Notes: generated from the letters alone by a model not told the origin. Positions 36,658-45,973 are shown, numbered from the stretch's first letter. The stretch: 64,000 nucleotides of DNA from Candidatus Omnitrophota bacterium (GCA_016212005.1 JACRHP010000053.1:2402-66401); one strand, 5' to 3'. Made by a program: numbers and translations.

Positions 36658-36711
36658 CCAGAATAAGAATAGAGGAAGCTTTTATTTTAAGGAGTTTTCG
36701 CTATCCAGAGG

Positions 36712-36752
36712 ACCCGGCCGTTTTAAAAAAGGTGGCTGGGTTCTTTGGTTTT
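36712..36752 (+). terminator. Putative Rho-independent terminator after cspA
   Basis: Stem pairs acccggcc with ggctgggt (one G-U), followed by tctttggtttt. Confidence 0.4.
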
Positions 36753-36772
36753 AAAAGGTACAGGGGGTCGCC

Positions 36773-37099
36773 ATGACGTTAAGTGAAATTATCGAACAAT
36801 TCAGCCAGCTGCGGGTATACGAGACGCGGGACACAGAGCAGGATTACCAGGAGCGGGTGATCTACAACGAGGATTTTTCCGCCTGGTATGCGATGCTGCA
36901 GAAAGTTTTCGGCCCACCGCTCAAGCCGGCCGGGTCCGCGCCCAGCCCGCGGGATCTGGCTCTGTCCCAGCAGTACGGCGGCGTTTTTGATAACCAGGTC
37001 TTGTTCTCGAAAGAATCCGAAGACGGTACGCTCATCGCCATGTTCTGGCCTTGGATGGACGGCCAGCATACGACCTTCAAGCTCTGTCGTGTGTTCTAG
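36773..37099 (+). CDS. Hypothetical protein
   Basis: 108-aa ORF with reasonable composition and no motif I recognise. Confidence 0.4.
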   Translation: MTLSEIIEQFSQLRVYETRDTEQDYQERVIYNEDFSAWYAMLQKVFGPPLKPAGSAPSPRDLALSQQYGGVFDNQVLFSKESEDGTLIAMFWPWMDGQHTTFKLCRVF

Positions 37100-37155
37100 C
37101 CCTTCGACTACGCTCAGGGCTAGTGGTGAGCGAAGTCGAACTACTAGCAAAAACA

Positions 37156-37775
37156 ATGGCCATTCCTATCCGCAATCCGGCCCCGGGAAAAGACCGCTCA
37201 ATCGTTGCCTTTGGGCCGGGACGGACCCGCTGTACGTCGCTTATCACGACCAGGAATGGGGCGTACCGGTGCACGATGACCGGCGGCTCTTTGAGTTTCT
37301 GATCCTCGAGGGCGCGCAGGCGGGGTTGAGCTGGATCACTATTTTGCGCAAGCGCGAGAATTACCGCCGCGCCTTCGACCGTTTCGACCCGATGAAAATC
37401 GCCCGTTACGATCCCGCGAAAACCCGCGCGCTTCTGGCCGACGAAGGTATTGTCCGCAACCGTTTGAAGATCGAATCGGCCGTCAGGAACGCGGCCACGT
37501 TCCTCAAAGTCCAGAAAGAGTTCGGCACTTTTGAGCGCTACCTTTGGGCATTTGTCGGTCATAAGCCTGTCTGCAACCGGTTCCGGAGCTTTAAAGAACT
37601 TCCCGCCAAAACCGAAAAATCCGATATAATAAGCAAAGACCTTAAGGAGCGCGGGTTCAATTTTGTTGGTTCCACGATTACTTACGCGTTCATGCAGGCG
37701 GTGGGGATGGTCAACGACCACACGACCGATTGTTTCCGGCATACACAGTTGCGAAGAATGTCCGCGGCCCCCTGA
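37156..37775 (+). CDS. tag: DNA-3-methyladenine glycosylase I (Tag); 5' end requires a frame change or an unusual start
   Basis: RCLWAGTDPLYVAYHDQEWGVP, EGAQAGLSWITILRKRENYR and GSTITYAFMQAVGMVNDH align with the Tag family from its very N-terminus. No ATG/GTG/TTG lies in frame near RCLW. ATG 37156 is in the other frame, with GGGAAAA at 37185-37191. Confidence 0.7.
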
Positions 37776-37806
37776 CGGGGGATAAAGCGGTTTAGCCAGG
37801 CCGCAG

Positions 37807-38901
37807 ATGCGCCAAGCCAATCATTTCTTAGAACCCTACGTCGGCCGTTATTGGAAAAAGCTGGAAGACGGCCGGATCCTTTGTGAATTATGCCCCCGCT
37901 ATTGTCATTTGGCCGAAGGCCAGCGGGGGTTTTGTTTTGTCCGCCAGAACGTCGGCGGGCAGATGATTTTAACCACCTACGGACGCAGCAGCGGCTTCTG
38001 CATCGACCCCGTTGAGAAAAAACCGCTGAACCATTTCTATCCCGGCAGCAGTATCCTTTCCTTCGGCACGGCCGGATGCAATTTAGGATGCAAATTCTGC
38101 CAGAACTGGGACATCAGCAAGTCCCGCGAGTTCGACCGGCTGACCGACCAGGCGTCCCCTGAAAAAATCGCCCGCGCCGCGAAAGCGTTGAAATGCAAAA
38201 GCGTCGCCTTCACTTATAATGATCCGGTCATCTTCGCCGAATACGCCATCGACATCGCCAAAGAATGCCACAAGCTTGGCGTCAAGACCGTGGCTGTCAC
38301 GGCCGGATATATGACGGACAAATCCCGCCCGGAATTTTATAAATACATGGACGCGGCCAACGTGGATCTCAAAGGATTCACCGAGGAATTTTATCGGGAC
38401 ATCACCCTCGGCGCGCTGCAGCCGGTATTGGATACCTTGGTTTATCTCAAGCGCGAGACGAACGTGTGGTTTGAGATCACGACGCTCCTCATCCCCGGGC
38501 TTAATGACAGCGACCAGGAGATCCACGCCATGAGCGAGTGGATCGCCCGGGAGATCGGGGTGGACGTGCCGCTGCATTTTACCGCGTTTCATCCGGACTT
38601 TCGGATGTTGGATAAACCTAACACGCCGCCCGCGACGTTAAAACGCGCCCGCAAGATCGCTTTGTCCAAAGGACTGCGCTACGTGTACACCGGCAACGTC
38701 CACGACCCCGAAGGCTCCAACACCTATTGCCACAGCTGCGGGAAACTTTTGATTGAACGGGACTGGTACCAGCTTGGTGCTTACAATCTGAAAAATAAAA
38801 ACCAATGCGCGCATTGTGGTGCCGTTTGCCAGGGGCATTTCGACGAACGCCCGGGCACGTGGGGTCCGCGCCGGCAACCGGTGCGGCTTGCGGATTTTTA
38901 A
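37807..38901 (+). CDS. AmmeMemoRadiSam-system-type radical SAM enzyme (PflA-like activase fold)
   Basis: N-terminal CELCPRYC...GFCFVR auxiliary Cys motif. Radical SAM box CNLGCKFCQNW. C-terminal CHSCG...CAHCG. This matches my recollection of the family layout. Confidence 0.75.
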   Translation: MRQANHFLEPYVGRYWKKLEDGRILCELCPRYCHLAEGQRGFCFVRQNVGGQMILTTYGRSSGFCIDPVEKKPLNHFYPGSSILSFGTAGCNLGCKFCQNWDISKSREFDRLTDQASPEKIARAAKALKCKSVAFTYNDPVIFAEYAIDIAKECHKLGVKTVAVTAGYMTDKSRPEFYKYMDAANVDLKGFTEEFYRDITLGALQPVLDTLVYLKRETNVWFEITTLLIPGLNDSDQEIHAMSEWIAREIGVDVPLHFTAFHPDFRMLDKPNTPPATLKRARKIALSKGLRYVYTGNVHDPEGSNTYCHSCGKLLIERDWYQLGAYNLKNKNQCAHCGAVCQGHFDERPGTWGPRRQPVRLADF

Positions 38902-39055
38902 GAGACGTTACCCGAAAGACGGAGGCCGATTCGAGCCGCGTAACCGCAACCATTCGGTTCGGATTTTGGCTGAGGAGACACGTTCCAAATTTCTGAGACT
39001 TTGTTGGACAATTATAATAAGTAGTTCGTAGATATATATGTATAACAAATAATTA

Positions 39056-39083
39056 TTGACATACTTTAATTATATAGTATACT
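39056..39083 (+). promoter_or_regulatory. Putative promoter of the vapBC module
   Basis: TTGACA (39056-39061), a 16-nt spacer, then TATACT (39078-39083), set in an AT-rich patch. AAAGGAGGA RBS at 39092. Confidence 0.4.
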
Positions 39084-39107
39084 TATTTCAGAAAGGAGGA
39101 TATTATT

Positions 39108-39362
39108 ATGGTCACGACAATCGTAACTACGAAAGGGCAAATCGTTATTCCTTCCCGAATCCGTCGGAAACTCAACATCAAGAAGGGGACCCGGTTTTCT
39201 ATTGAAGAGAAAGGGGATCAGCTTGTTCTTCAGCCATTGACAGCGGAATATTTTCAGAGGATAGCTGGAATTGCCGGCACAAAAGGAAAAGGGGTCGCTG
39301 CTCTTTTGGAAGAGCGCGCCAAGGATAAGGAAAACGAGGATAAAAAATGGTCAAAATCCTAG
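39108..39362 (+). CDS. vapB: AbrB/MazE/SpoVT-type antitoxin (VapB-like)
   Basis: TKGQIVIPSRIRRKLNIKKGTRF is a swapped-hairpin motif. 84 aa, overlapping the downstream PIN gene. Confidence 0.75.
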   Translation: MVTTIVTTKGQIVIPSRIRRKLNIKKGTRFSIEEKGDQLVLQPLTAEYFQRIAGIAGTKGKGVAALLEERAKDKENEDKKWSKS

Positions 39363-39745
39363 ACGCATCCGCTTTGGTGGCCTATCTATGGAAGCAATCC
39401 GGCTACGAAAAAGTACAGGATTTTCTCACGAAGGCCACCGATGGTCAAAAGAGACTGCTGATGACAACGGTGAATTTGGGGGAGGTCTATTATCTGCTTC
39501 TTCGAGATCATGGTCCGGAGGACGCTGATAAAATTTTAAAAGTCATCGAAACCTTGCCGATTGATTTTACAGAGGTTGATATGAAGTTAGCGAAGCAGGC
39601 CGCTCTTTATAAGGCCGCCAAGAAACTTCCTTATGCCGATTGTTTCGCTGCCGCCCTGGCCAAACTTCAAAAAGGCGAGGTTATAACGGGAGACAAAGAG
39701 TTCAAGGCGGTAGAAAATGATGTCAAGATCGCCTGGATTACGTAA
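39347..39745 (+). CDS. vapC: PIN-domain toxin (VapC-like)
   Basis: MVKILDASALVAYL (first acidic residue), later LPYADCFAAALA and GDKEF. 132 aa. Confidence 0.8.
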   Translation: MVKILDASALVAYLWKQSGYEKVQDFLTKATDGQKRLLMTTVNLGEVYYLLLRDHGPEDADKILKVIETLPIDFTEVDMKLAKQAALYKAAKKLPYADCFAAALAKLQKGEVITGDKEFKAVENDVKIAWIT

Positions 39746-39848
39746 TGGTCAGAAAAAAGGACCTATAAATGGACCAACTGAACAAGCAGGAAGAAAAATC
39801 AACAGATGTTCAAACAATCAAATCCTAAACTTTTAGCATATGCCCTCT

Positions 39849-40227
39849 TTAACAAGAGAAATCTCTGTCTAGCGAGCGGTACTGTATCGCCTCCGCTAAG
39901 TGTTCCGTTTTAATCTGCTCAGACCCCTCCCAATCTGCAATTGTTCGCGAAACTTTTAAAATTTTATCGTAAACTCTTGCGCTGAGGTTCAGTTCGGTCA
40001 GCGCCAGTTTCCGGGGGCTGAATATTGGTTAAATTTTGATAATTCACCGCCGGGACATCCAAATGGATATCAATCCTGTCCAGCAGCGGGCCGGAGATTT
40101 TTGAGCGGTATTTGGCGATCTGGGCGCTGCTGCAGCGGCAGACCTGCCTACCGGACAGGCAGGGGTTCTTATGCTGGCAAAGTGTCCCGCACGGACAAGC
40201 GTTCAACGACAGGGCAGAAAAGACTTT
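39849..40227 (-). pseudogene. comM: Remnant of a comM/yifB (Mg-chelatase-like AAA ATPase) gene: 5'-truncated, internally deleted, frameshifted
   Basis: Frame A reads NACPCG...AQIAKYRSKISGPLLDRIDIHLDVP. Frame B reads [39 protein letters not shown], then stop. Both are ComM C-terminal signatures. The ~330 N-terminal residues are absent, and the segment between the two blocks is missing. Confidence 0.75.
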
Positions 40228-40310
40228 TCAAATTATTAAAAGTGTATATACTGAAAAATATTAATGGCAAGACAGACAGGTTTTGTTAATTAAAGAACCG
40301 GAGGAAAGAG

Positions 40311-40847
40311 ATGAGAAAAACGTTTATGTGGGGCGTGGGGCTCGTCGTGTGTTTATGGTGTATGACATCTTCGACTTATGCGGGAACGGAGGGGACAACG
40401 GCCAAGGCCGTTATCACGGCGACCGATACGGGGGCCGCGGTTTTGGGGGAAATCAGTTTTGTGGAAAGAGGAGTCGGCGTTGAAGCGACCGCGCATTTGG
40501 CCGGCGTGCCGGCCGGCACGCACGGATTTCATGTCCATGAAAACGGCAGTTGCGCGGACGCCGGAGCGGCCGCGGGCGGGCATTTTAATCCTGATCATCG
40601 GGAACACGGTCTTTTACCCAAAGACGGATTAGAAGGCGCCCATGCGGGTGATTTGGGCAATATCACTATTGACACCGACGGCAGCGGTGATTATTCCGCC
40701 TTCCTGAAGGGCTTGAGCCTTTCTGAAGGCAAATATAATATCGCGGGCAAAACCGTCATCCTGCACGAGAAAGCCGATAATTTCGGCCAGCCAGTTGGTA
40801 ATGCCGGCGGGCGGATCGGCTGCGGGATTATTGAAATTATTGAATAG
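40311..40847 (+). CDS. sodC: Cu/Zn superoxide dismutase (periplasmic)
   Basis: Signal peptide. HGFHVHENGSC, GGHFNP, HAGDLGN and GGRIGCGII motifs. Confidence 0.9.
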   Translation: MRKTFMWGVGLVVCLWCMTSSTYAGTEGTTAKAVITATDTGAAVLGEISFVERGVGVEATAHLAGVPAGTHGFHVHENGSCADAGAAAGGHFNPDHREHGLLPKDGLEGAHAGDLGNITIDTDGSGDYSAFLKGLSLSEGKYNIAGKTVILHEKADNFGQPVGNAGGRIGCGIIEIIE

Positions 40848-40913
40848 TCGTCAGTCATCAGACTTCAGTCGTCAGATCGCTGTCTGAAGTCTGAAAGCTG
40901 ATGACTGAAGTCT
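40846..40913. repeat. Intergenic modular palindrome, NNNTCAG heptamer type
   Basis: Left arm is agtcgTCAG-tcaTCAG-actTCAG-tcgTCAG. Right arm is CTGAagt-CTGAaag-CTGAtga-CTGAagt. Begins at the sodC stop codon. Confidence 0.75.
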
Positions 40914-40920
40914 TAATATT

Positions 40921-41460
40921 ATGTTCTCCCCTGAAAAAAGCGTGTTACTCGTCATCGACGTCCAGGAAAAGCTCACTCCCCTGATGCACGAGAAGGATAC
41001 TCTTCTTAAGAATATCCGGATATTGATCCAGGCGGCGCAGATTTTAGGTATCCCCATCCTCTGGAGCGAGCATGTCCCGGAGAAGATCGGCGCGACCGTC
41101 GAACCCATCCGTCGGCTTTTGTCCACCGAGAAGCCCATTGTCAAAACGAGTTTCGGTTGCGGCGGTGAGCCGAATTTTACCAAAGCACTGGCCGCTCTTT
41201 ACCGGAAGCAGATCATTGTCGCCGGCATCGAAACTCATGTCTGCGTTTACCAGACGACCGCCCAATTGCTGGGATCAAGCTATAAGGTACAGGTGGTTGC
41301 CGACGCTGTTTCTTCCCGCACGCCGGAAAATAAAGAGATCGGCCTGGCGAGAATACAGTCGGAGGGCGGCGTCATCACCTCCACGGAAATGGTCCTTTTC
41401 GAGCTTCTCAAAACGGCCGAGCACGGCCAATTCAGGAACATACTGGACCTCGTGCGGTAA
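40921..41460 (+). CDS. Isochorismatase-family cysteine hydrolase
   Basis: LLVIDVQEK, and the GIETHVCVYQT catalytic Cys region. Confidence 0.8.
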   Translation: MFSPEKSVLLVIDVQEKLTPLMHEKDTLLKNIRILIQAAQILGIPILWSEHVPEKIGATVEPIRRLLSTEKPIVKTSFGCGGEPNFTKALAALYRKQIIVAGIETHVCVYQTTAQLLGSSYKVQVVADAVSSRTPENKEIGLARIQSEGGVITSTEMVLFELLKTAEHGQFRNILDLVR

Positions 41461-41493
41461 ATCTTGTCGGAACAATCTCAGGGAGGAATAGAC

Positions 41494-43455
41494 ATGACGA
41501 AGCAAGCGAACCAGACCAAACGCGAAACGGTCAATGTGCTCTTGGAAGAGAACCGTCTTTTTGTCCCCAGCGATGAATTCAAGCGTAACGCCCTGATCCG
41601 CGACGAATCCATTTATGAAGAGGCAGCTCAAAACCGCGAGGCCTTCTGGGCCAAGTGGGCAAGCGAGTTGGATTGGTTCCAGAAATGGGACAAGGTCCTC
41701 GACTGGCAGCTGCCGTTCGCGAAATGGTTCGTCGGCGGCAAGTTAAACGCCAGCTACAACTGCCTTGACCGGCACATCAAAAAAGGCCTCGGCAACAAGA
41801 CGGCGATCCTCTGGGAAGGCGAGCCCGGGGATTCCAGAAAGTTGACTTACGAGGACGTTTATAGATCCGTCAATAAGCTGGCGAACGTCCTCAAAGGGCT
41901 CGGCGTTGCGAAAGGCGACCGCGTGGCGATCTATTTGCCGATGATCCCCGAAGCGGTTTTCGCGATGCTCGCCTGCGCGCGCATCGGCGCGGTGCACACG
42001 GTCGTCTTCGGTGGGTTCAGCGCGGATTCTTTGAAAGAGCGCGTCCGCGACGCCCAGGCCAAATTGATCATCACCGCTGACGGGGGATACCGGCGCGGCA
42101 AAGTTCTTCCTTTAAAAGAAACCGCGGACCAGGCGGCCGCCGAGTGCCCAACCATCAAGCACATCCTGGTTGTCCGGCGCACGGGGCAGAACATTCCGAT
42201 GCAAAGCGGCCGTGACCTCTGGTACCACGAGTTCGTGGACAAGGCTCAGGATTACTGTGAGCCGGAACCAATGGACGCCGAGGACATGCTCTACATTTTG
42301 TACACCTCCGGCACGACGGGAAAACCTAAAGGTATTGTCCACACCACCGGCGGCTACATGACGGGTGTTTACGCGACGACCCGCTGGGTCTTTGATATCA
42401 AGCCGGAAGATATTTTCTGGTGCACGGCGGATATCGGCTGGGTGACCGGCCACAGTTACATCGTCTACGGGCCCATGGCCAACGCCGCGACCCAGATCAT
42501 GTACGAAGGTTCGCCGGATTATCCCGAGCGCGACCGTTTCTGGAAAATCATCGAAAAATATAAAGTGACGATTTTTTATACCGCCCCGACGGCGATCCGC
42601 ACCTTCATGCGCTGGGGGACGCAGTGGCCCGACGGCTGCGACCTTTCGAGCCTGCGGCTGTTGGGAAGTGTCGGCGAGCCGATCAACCCCGAGGCGTGGG
42701 TCTGGTATCATAAACATATCGGCAAAGACCGCTGTCCCGTGGTCGACACCTGGTGGCAGACGGAAACGGGTTGTATTTTGATCTCACCGCTGCCGGGGGT
42801 GACGGCGCTTAAACCGGGTTCCGCGACGAAGCCTTTGCCGGGCGTCGAAGCCGTGGTCGTGACCGAGGAAGGCAAGACGATTAAGGAAGGCGGCGGGTAT
42901 CTGGCCATCAAAAGCCCGTGGCCGTCGATGCTGCGCGGGATCTACGGTGATGATGAACGCTACAAAAAGACCTACTGGAGTCGCTTTAAGGACGCGTATT
43001 TTACCGGCGACGGGGCCAAGATCGACGCGGACGGTTATCTCTGGCTGTTAGGCCGTGTCGATGACATCATGCTCGTGGCCGGACACAACATCAGCACCAT
43101 GGAAGTCGAAAGTGCCTTGGTGGACAATCCCAGCGTGGCGGAATCGGCGGTCGTTGGGATCACCGATGAGATCAAGGGTCAGGCCATCGCCGCGTTTGTC
43201 ATCCTCAAAGAAGGCAACAAGCCCGGTGAAAAGATGGACGAGACGCTCAAAGGGCATGTCGCCAAAAAGATCGGGGCGATCGCCCGTCCGCAGAAGATTA
43301 TTTTTACGGCGGAGCTGCCCAAAACGAGAAGCGGGAAGATCATGCGAAGACTTCTGCGTGACATCGCCGAGGGCCGCGCGCTCGGAGACGTGACCACACT
43401 CGCCGACGCGCACGTGATCGAGGCGCTGAAAGAGAAATATCAAGAGGAAGCGTAA
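41494..43455 (+). CDS. acs: Acetyl-CoA synthetase
   Basis: [22 protein letters not shown]-binding motif, WWQTETG and the acetylatable-lysine motif [11 protein letters not shown]. Start at ATG 41494 behind GGGAGGAA. Confidence 0.95.
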   Translation: MTKQANQTKRETVNVLLEENRLFVPSDEFKRNALIRDESIYEEAAQNREAFWAKWASELDWFQKWDKVLDWQLPFAKWFVGGKLNASYNCLDRHIKKGLGNKTAILWEGEPGDSRKLTYEDVYRSVNKLANVLKGLGVAKGDRVAIYLPMIPEAVFAMLACARIGAVHTVVFGGFSADSLKERVRDAQAKLIITADGGYRRGKVLPLKETADQAAAECPTIKHILVVRRTGQNIPMQSGRDLWYHEFVDKAQDYCEPEPMDAEDMLYILYTSGTTGKPKGIVHTTGGYMTGVYATTRWVFDIKPEDIFWCTADIGWVTGHSYIVYGPMANAATQIMYEGSPDYPERDRFWKIIEKYKVTIFYTAPTAIRTFMRWGTQWPDGCDLSSLRLLGSVGEPINPEAWVWYHKHIGKDRCPVVDTWWQTETGCILISPLPGVTALKPGSATKPLPGVEAVVVTEEGKTIKEGGGYLAIKSPWPSMLRGIYGDDERYKKTYWSRFKDAYFTGDGAKIDADGYLWLLGRVDDIMLVAGHNISTMEVESALVDNPSVAESAVVGITDEIKGQAIAAFVILKEGNKPGEKMDETLKGHVAKKIGAIARPQKIIFTAELPKTRSGKIMRRLLRDIAEGRALGDVTTLADAHVIEALKEKYQEEA

Positions 43456-43460
43456 GTGCA

Positions 43461-43538
43461 TGTCTCGTATCTCGTCGTTCGTCGCTCGTATCTCGAAGAT
43501 GTTTTTACGAGATACGAAACACGAGATACGAGATACGA
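43461..43538. repeat. Intergenic modular palindrome, CGAGATA heptamer type
   Basis: Left arm is tgtctcg-tatctcg-tcgttcg-tcgctcg-tatctcg. Right arm is acgagat-acgaaac-acgagat-acgagat-acga. Fills the acs-cobB spacer. Confidence 0.8.
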
Positions 43539-43545
43539 TTGAGTC

Positions 43546-44274
43546 ATGAATGATCCCGTCTCCCACTGCGTCCGGCTGATCCAGGAAGCGAAGACGATCG
43601 CCGCTCTGACCGGTGCCGGGATCTCCACCAAGGCCGGCATTCCGGATTTCCGCGGGCCAAAAGGTTTGTATGTCACCCGCCGCTACGACCCGGACACAGT
43701 TTTTGACATTGATTGCTTTCACCAAGACCCCGCGCCGTTTTTTCAATTCGCGCGGGACTTCATCCTTTTGGAAGAAAAGATCAGGCCGACCACCGCCCAT
43801 CAATTCTTAAGTGACCTTGAAAAACAAGGGAAACTTAAAGGGGTCATCACCCAGAACATCGATTCACTGCACCAGATGGCCGGGTCGAAAAAGGTCTATG
43901 AGATGCACGGAAGTTTCTGGGTCAGCCGGTGCCTTAAATGCGGCAAGGAATTTTCGTTCACGCAGATGAAAGAAAAGATCGTCCGGGAAGATATTCCGCA
44001 TTGTCCCTGCGGCGGGGTGATCAAACCCGACGTGGTCTTCTTCGGCGAGAACGTCAAATATCTGGCGGAGTCCGAGGATCTGGCCGCCCGCGCGGATCTG
44101 TTTTTCGTGATCGGGACATCGTGCGTCGTTTACCCGGCGGCGATGATCCCGCAGTACGCGCGAGGGAAGATCGTTGTCGTCAACCAAACACCGGTCGACC
44201 TTCCCAATGTTGTTTTAACCGTCAGTGAGGATATTGACACGTTTTTTACGAAAGTAGCAAAAGGACTTAAATGA
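43546..44274 (+). CDS. cobB: NAD-dependent protein deacylase, Sir2 family
   Basis: LTGAGISTKAGIPDFRG, TQNIDSLH, the CxxC...CPCG zinc motif and VIGTSCVVYPAA. Confidence 0.85.
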   Translation: MNDPVSHCVRLIQEAKTIAALTGAGISTKAGIPDFRGPKGLYVTRRYDPDTVFDIDCFHQDPAPFFQFARDFILLEEKIRPTTAHQFLSDLEKQGKLKGVITQNIDSLHQMAGSKKVYEMHGSFWVSRCLKCGKEFSFTQMKEKIVREDIPHCPCGGVIKPDVVFFGENVKYLAESEDLAARADLFFVIGTSCVVYPAAMIPQYARGKIVVVNQTPVDLPNVVLTVSEDIDTFFTKVAKGLK

Positions 44275-44275
44275 T

Positions 44276-44335
44276 CGTATCTCGTATCTAGTATCTCGCA
44301 TCTCGTTTTGCTGGACAACGAGATACGAAATACGA
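44276..44335. repeat. Intergenic modular palindrome, CGAGATA heptamer type
   Basis: Left arm is cgtatct-cgtatct-agtatct-cgcatct-cgtt. Right arm is acgagat-acgaaat-acga, running directly into AGGAGG of the next gene. Confidence 0.8.
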
Positions 44336-44346
44336 AGGAGGTTGCT

Positions 44347-44784
44347 ATGAAAGTTACTAGTCCTGCTTTTAACCATAACCAGCCGATCCCCAGGAAATAT
44401 ACCTGCCAGGGAGAGGACGTCAACCCGCCGCTGGCGATTGCCGGGATCCCAGCGGGGACCAAAAGTCTTGCCTTGATCATGGATGATCCCGACGCGCCCG
44501 GCGGAAACTGGGACCACTGGCTGGTCTATAACATCACGCCGACGCCGGAAATTAAGGAAAATAGCATCCCCGGCGCCGAGACCCGCAATGACTTTGGCCG
44601 CGTTCACTACGGCGGCCCGTGCCCGCCCTCGGGCACGCACCGGTATTTTTTCAAGCTGTACGCGCTGGATACCCAGATGGTTTTCAAAGGGATGCCTTCG
44701 AAGCAAGCGCTGGAACAGGCGATGCAGGGCCATATCCTGGAGAAGGCCGAACTGATCGGCCTTTATCAAAAGACGCGCTCATGA
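44347..44784 (+). CDS. YbhB/YbcL family Raf-kinase-inhibitor-like (PEBP) protein
   Basis: DPDAPGG.WDHW and GPCPPSGTHRYFFKLYALD are family signatures. Start at ATG 44347 behind GAAGGAGG. Confidence 0.8.
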   Translation: MKVTSPAFNHNQPIPRKYTCQGEDVNPPLAIAGIPAGTKSLALIMDDPDAPGGNWDHWLVYNITPTPEIKENSIPGAETRNDFGRVHYGGPCPPSGTHRYFFKLYALDTQMVFKGMPSKQALEQAMQGHILEKAELIGLYQKTRS

Positions 44785-45902
44785 TCCCGACGCGACGTGT
44801 TCTTGCTTTTTCTTTTTTTTATCTTGTTCTCTTATGCGCACCGGGGCAAGCGCAGCAGCCCCTGCCCATTGAGTCCATCAATCTTCCGCCGGGATTTAAG
44901 ATCGCAATTTACGCCAACCGTGTCCCCAATGCCCGGTCGATGGCGTTAAGCCCTGAGGGGACGTTATTTGTCGGCTCGCGCACGGCCGGGAACGTCTACG
45001 CCCTGCGCGATGAAGACCACGACAACCGGGCCGACAAAGGATATGTCCTCGCGCAAGGATTGAACATGCCTAACGGCGTCGCCTTTAAAGACGGCGCGCT
45101 TTATGTCGCGGAAGTTAATCGCGTGTTACGCTTTGACAATATCGAGAAGAATTTGGAGCACCCGCCGAACCCCGCGGTCGTTAACGACACTTTCTCCAAA
45201 GATACCTGGCACGGTTGGAAATTCATCCGTTTCGGTCCCGGTGGAAAACTCTACGTGCCTGTCGGCATGCCATGCAACGTCTGCGAGCGTTTAGACGACC
45301 CGCGCTATGGCTCCATTATGCGGATGAATCTCGACGGCAGCGGGCTGGAAGTTTTCGCGCAGGGGATCCGCAACAGTGTGGGCTTCGACTGGGACCCGCC
45401 AACGGGTGAGCTTTGGTTCACGGACAACGGCCGCGACATGCTCGGCGACGATTTGCCTCCGGATGAGCTCAACCACGCGCCGCAGTCCGGCATGCACTTC
45501 GGCTTTCCGTATTGCCACGGCAAAAATATTGCCGACCCCGAATTCGGCAAAAAACACAGCTGCGCCGAGTTCAACCCCGCCGCGCAGGAACTGGGGGCGC
45601 ACGTGGCGGCCCTGGGGATGCGATTTTACACCGGGGACATGTTTCCGGCCGAGTACCATAACCAGATATTTATCGCCCAGCACGGGTCGTGGAACAGAAG
45701 TAAAAAGGTCGGTTATCGCATCATGCTGGTACGTCTGAAGGACAACAAACCGGTCAGTTACGAAGTTTTTGCCGAAGGTTGGAACCAGGGGGAGGACGTC
45801 TGGGGCCGGCCAGTCGACATCCAGCAGATGCCGGACGGATCGCTGCTTGTTTCGGACGACCACGCGGGCGCGATTTACCGGATCACGTACCGTCCTGATT
45901 AA
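44781..45902 (+). CDS. PQQ-dependent sugar (sorbosone/glucose) dehydrogenase-like beta-propeller, secreted
   Basis: Signal peptide. PPGFKIAIYA..PNARSMALSPEGTLFVG, LWFTDNGRD and DELNH..G.HFGFPYCHG motifs. ATGA overlap with the upstream stop. Confidence 0.8.
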   Translation: MIPTRRVLAFSFFYLVLLCAPGQAQQPLPIESINLPPGFKIAIYANRVPNARSMALSPEGTLFVGSRTAGNVYALRDEDHDNRADKGYVLAQGLNMPNGVAFKDGALYVAEVNRVLRFDNIEKNLEHPPNPAVVNDTFSKDTWHGWKFIRFGPGGKLYVPVGMPCNVCERLDDPRYGSIMRMNLDGSGLEVFAQGIRNSVGFDWDPPTGELWFTDNGRDMLGDDLPPDELNHAPQSGMHFGFPYCHGKNIADPEFGKKHSCAEFNPAAQELGAHVAALGMRFYTGDMFPAEYHNQIFIAQHGSWNRSKKVGYRIMLVRLKDNKPVSYEVFAEGWNQGEDVWGRPVDIQQMPDGSLLVSDDHAGAIYRITYRPD

Positions 45903-45936
45903 TTCTTAGTTTATTAATCCCAAATCTTTTTGGGTG

Positions 45937-45945
45937 TGATATAAT
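45937..45945 (+). promoter_or_regulatory. Possible extended -10 element (TGATATAAT) upstream of sdhC
   Basis: A TGnTATAAT match lies 29 nt before the sdhC ATG. No good -35. A short hairpin (cccaaa-tctt-tttggg) lies just upstream. Confidence 0.3.
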
Positions 45946-45973
45946 CACCACGAAATCGTAAAGCAAACATCCT

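Noticed and set aside
36888-37155. Upstream ~90 codons of the long ORF containing tag
   Set aside because: The translation is Ser/Thr/Arg/Pro-rich and overlaps the 36773-37099 ORF and an intergenic hairpin. Tag homology begins only at ~37200.
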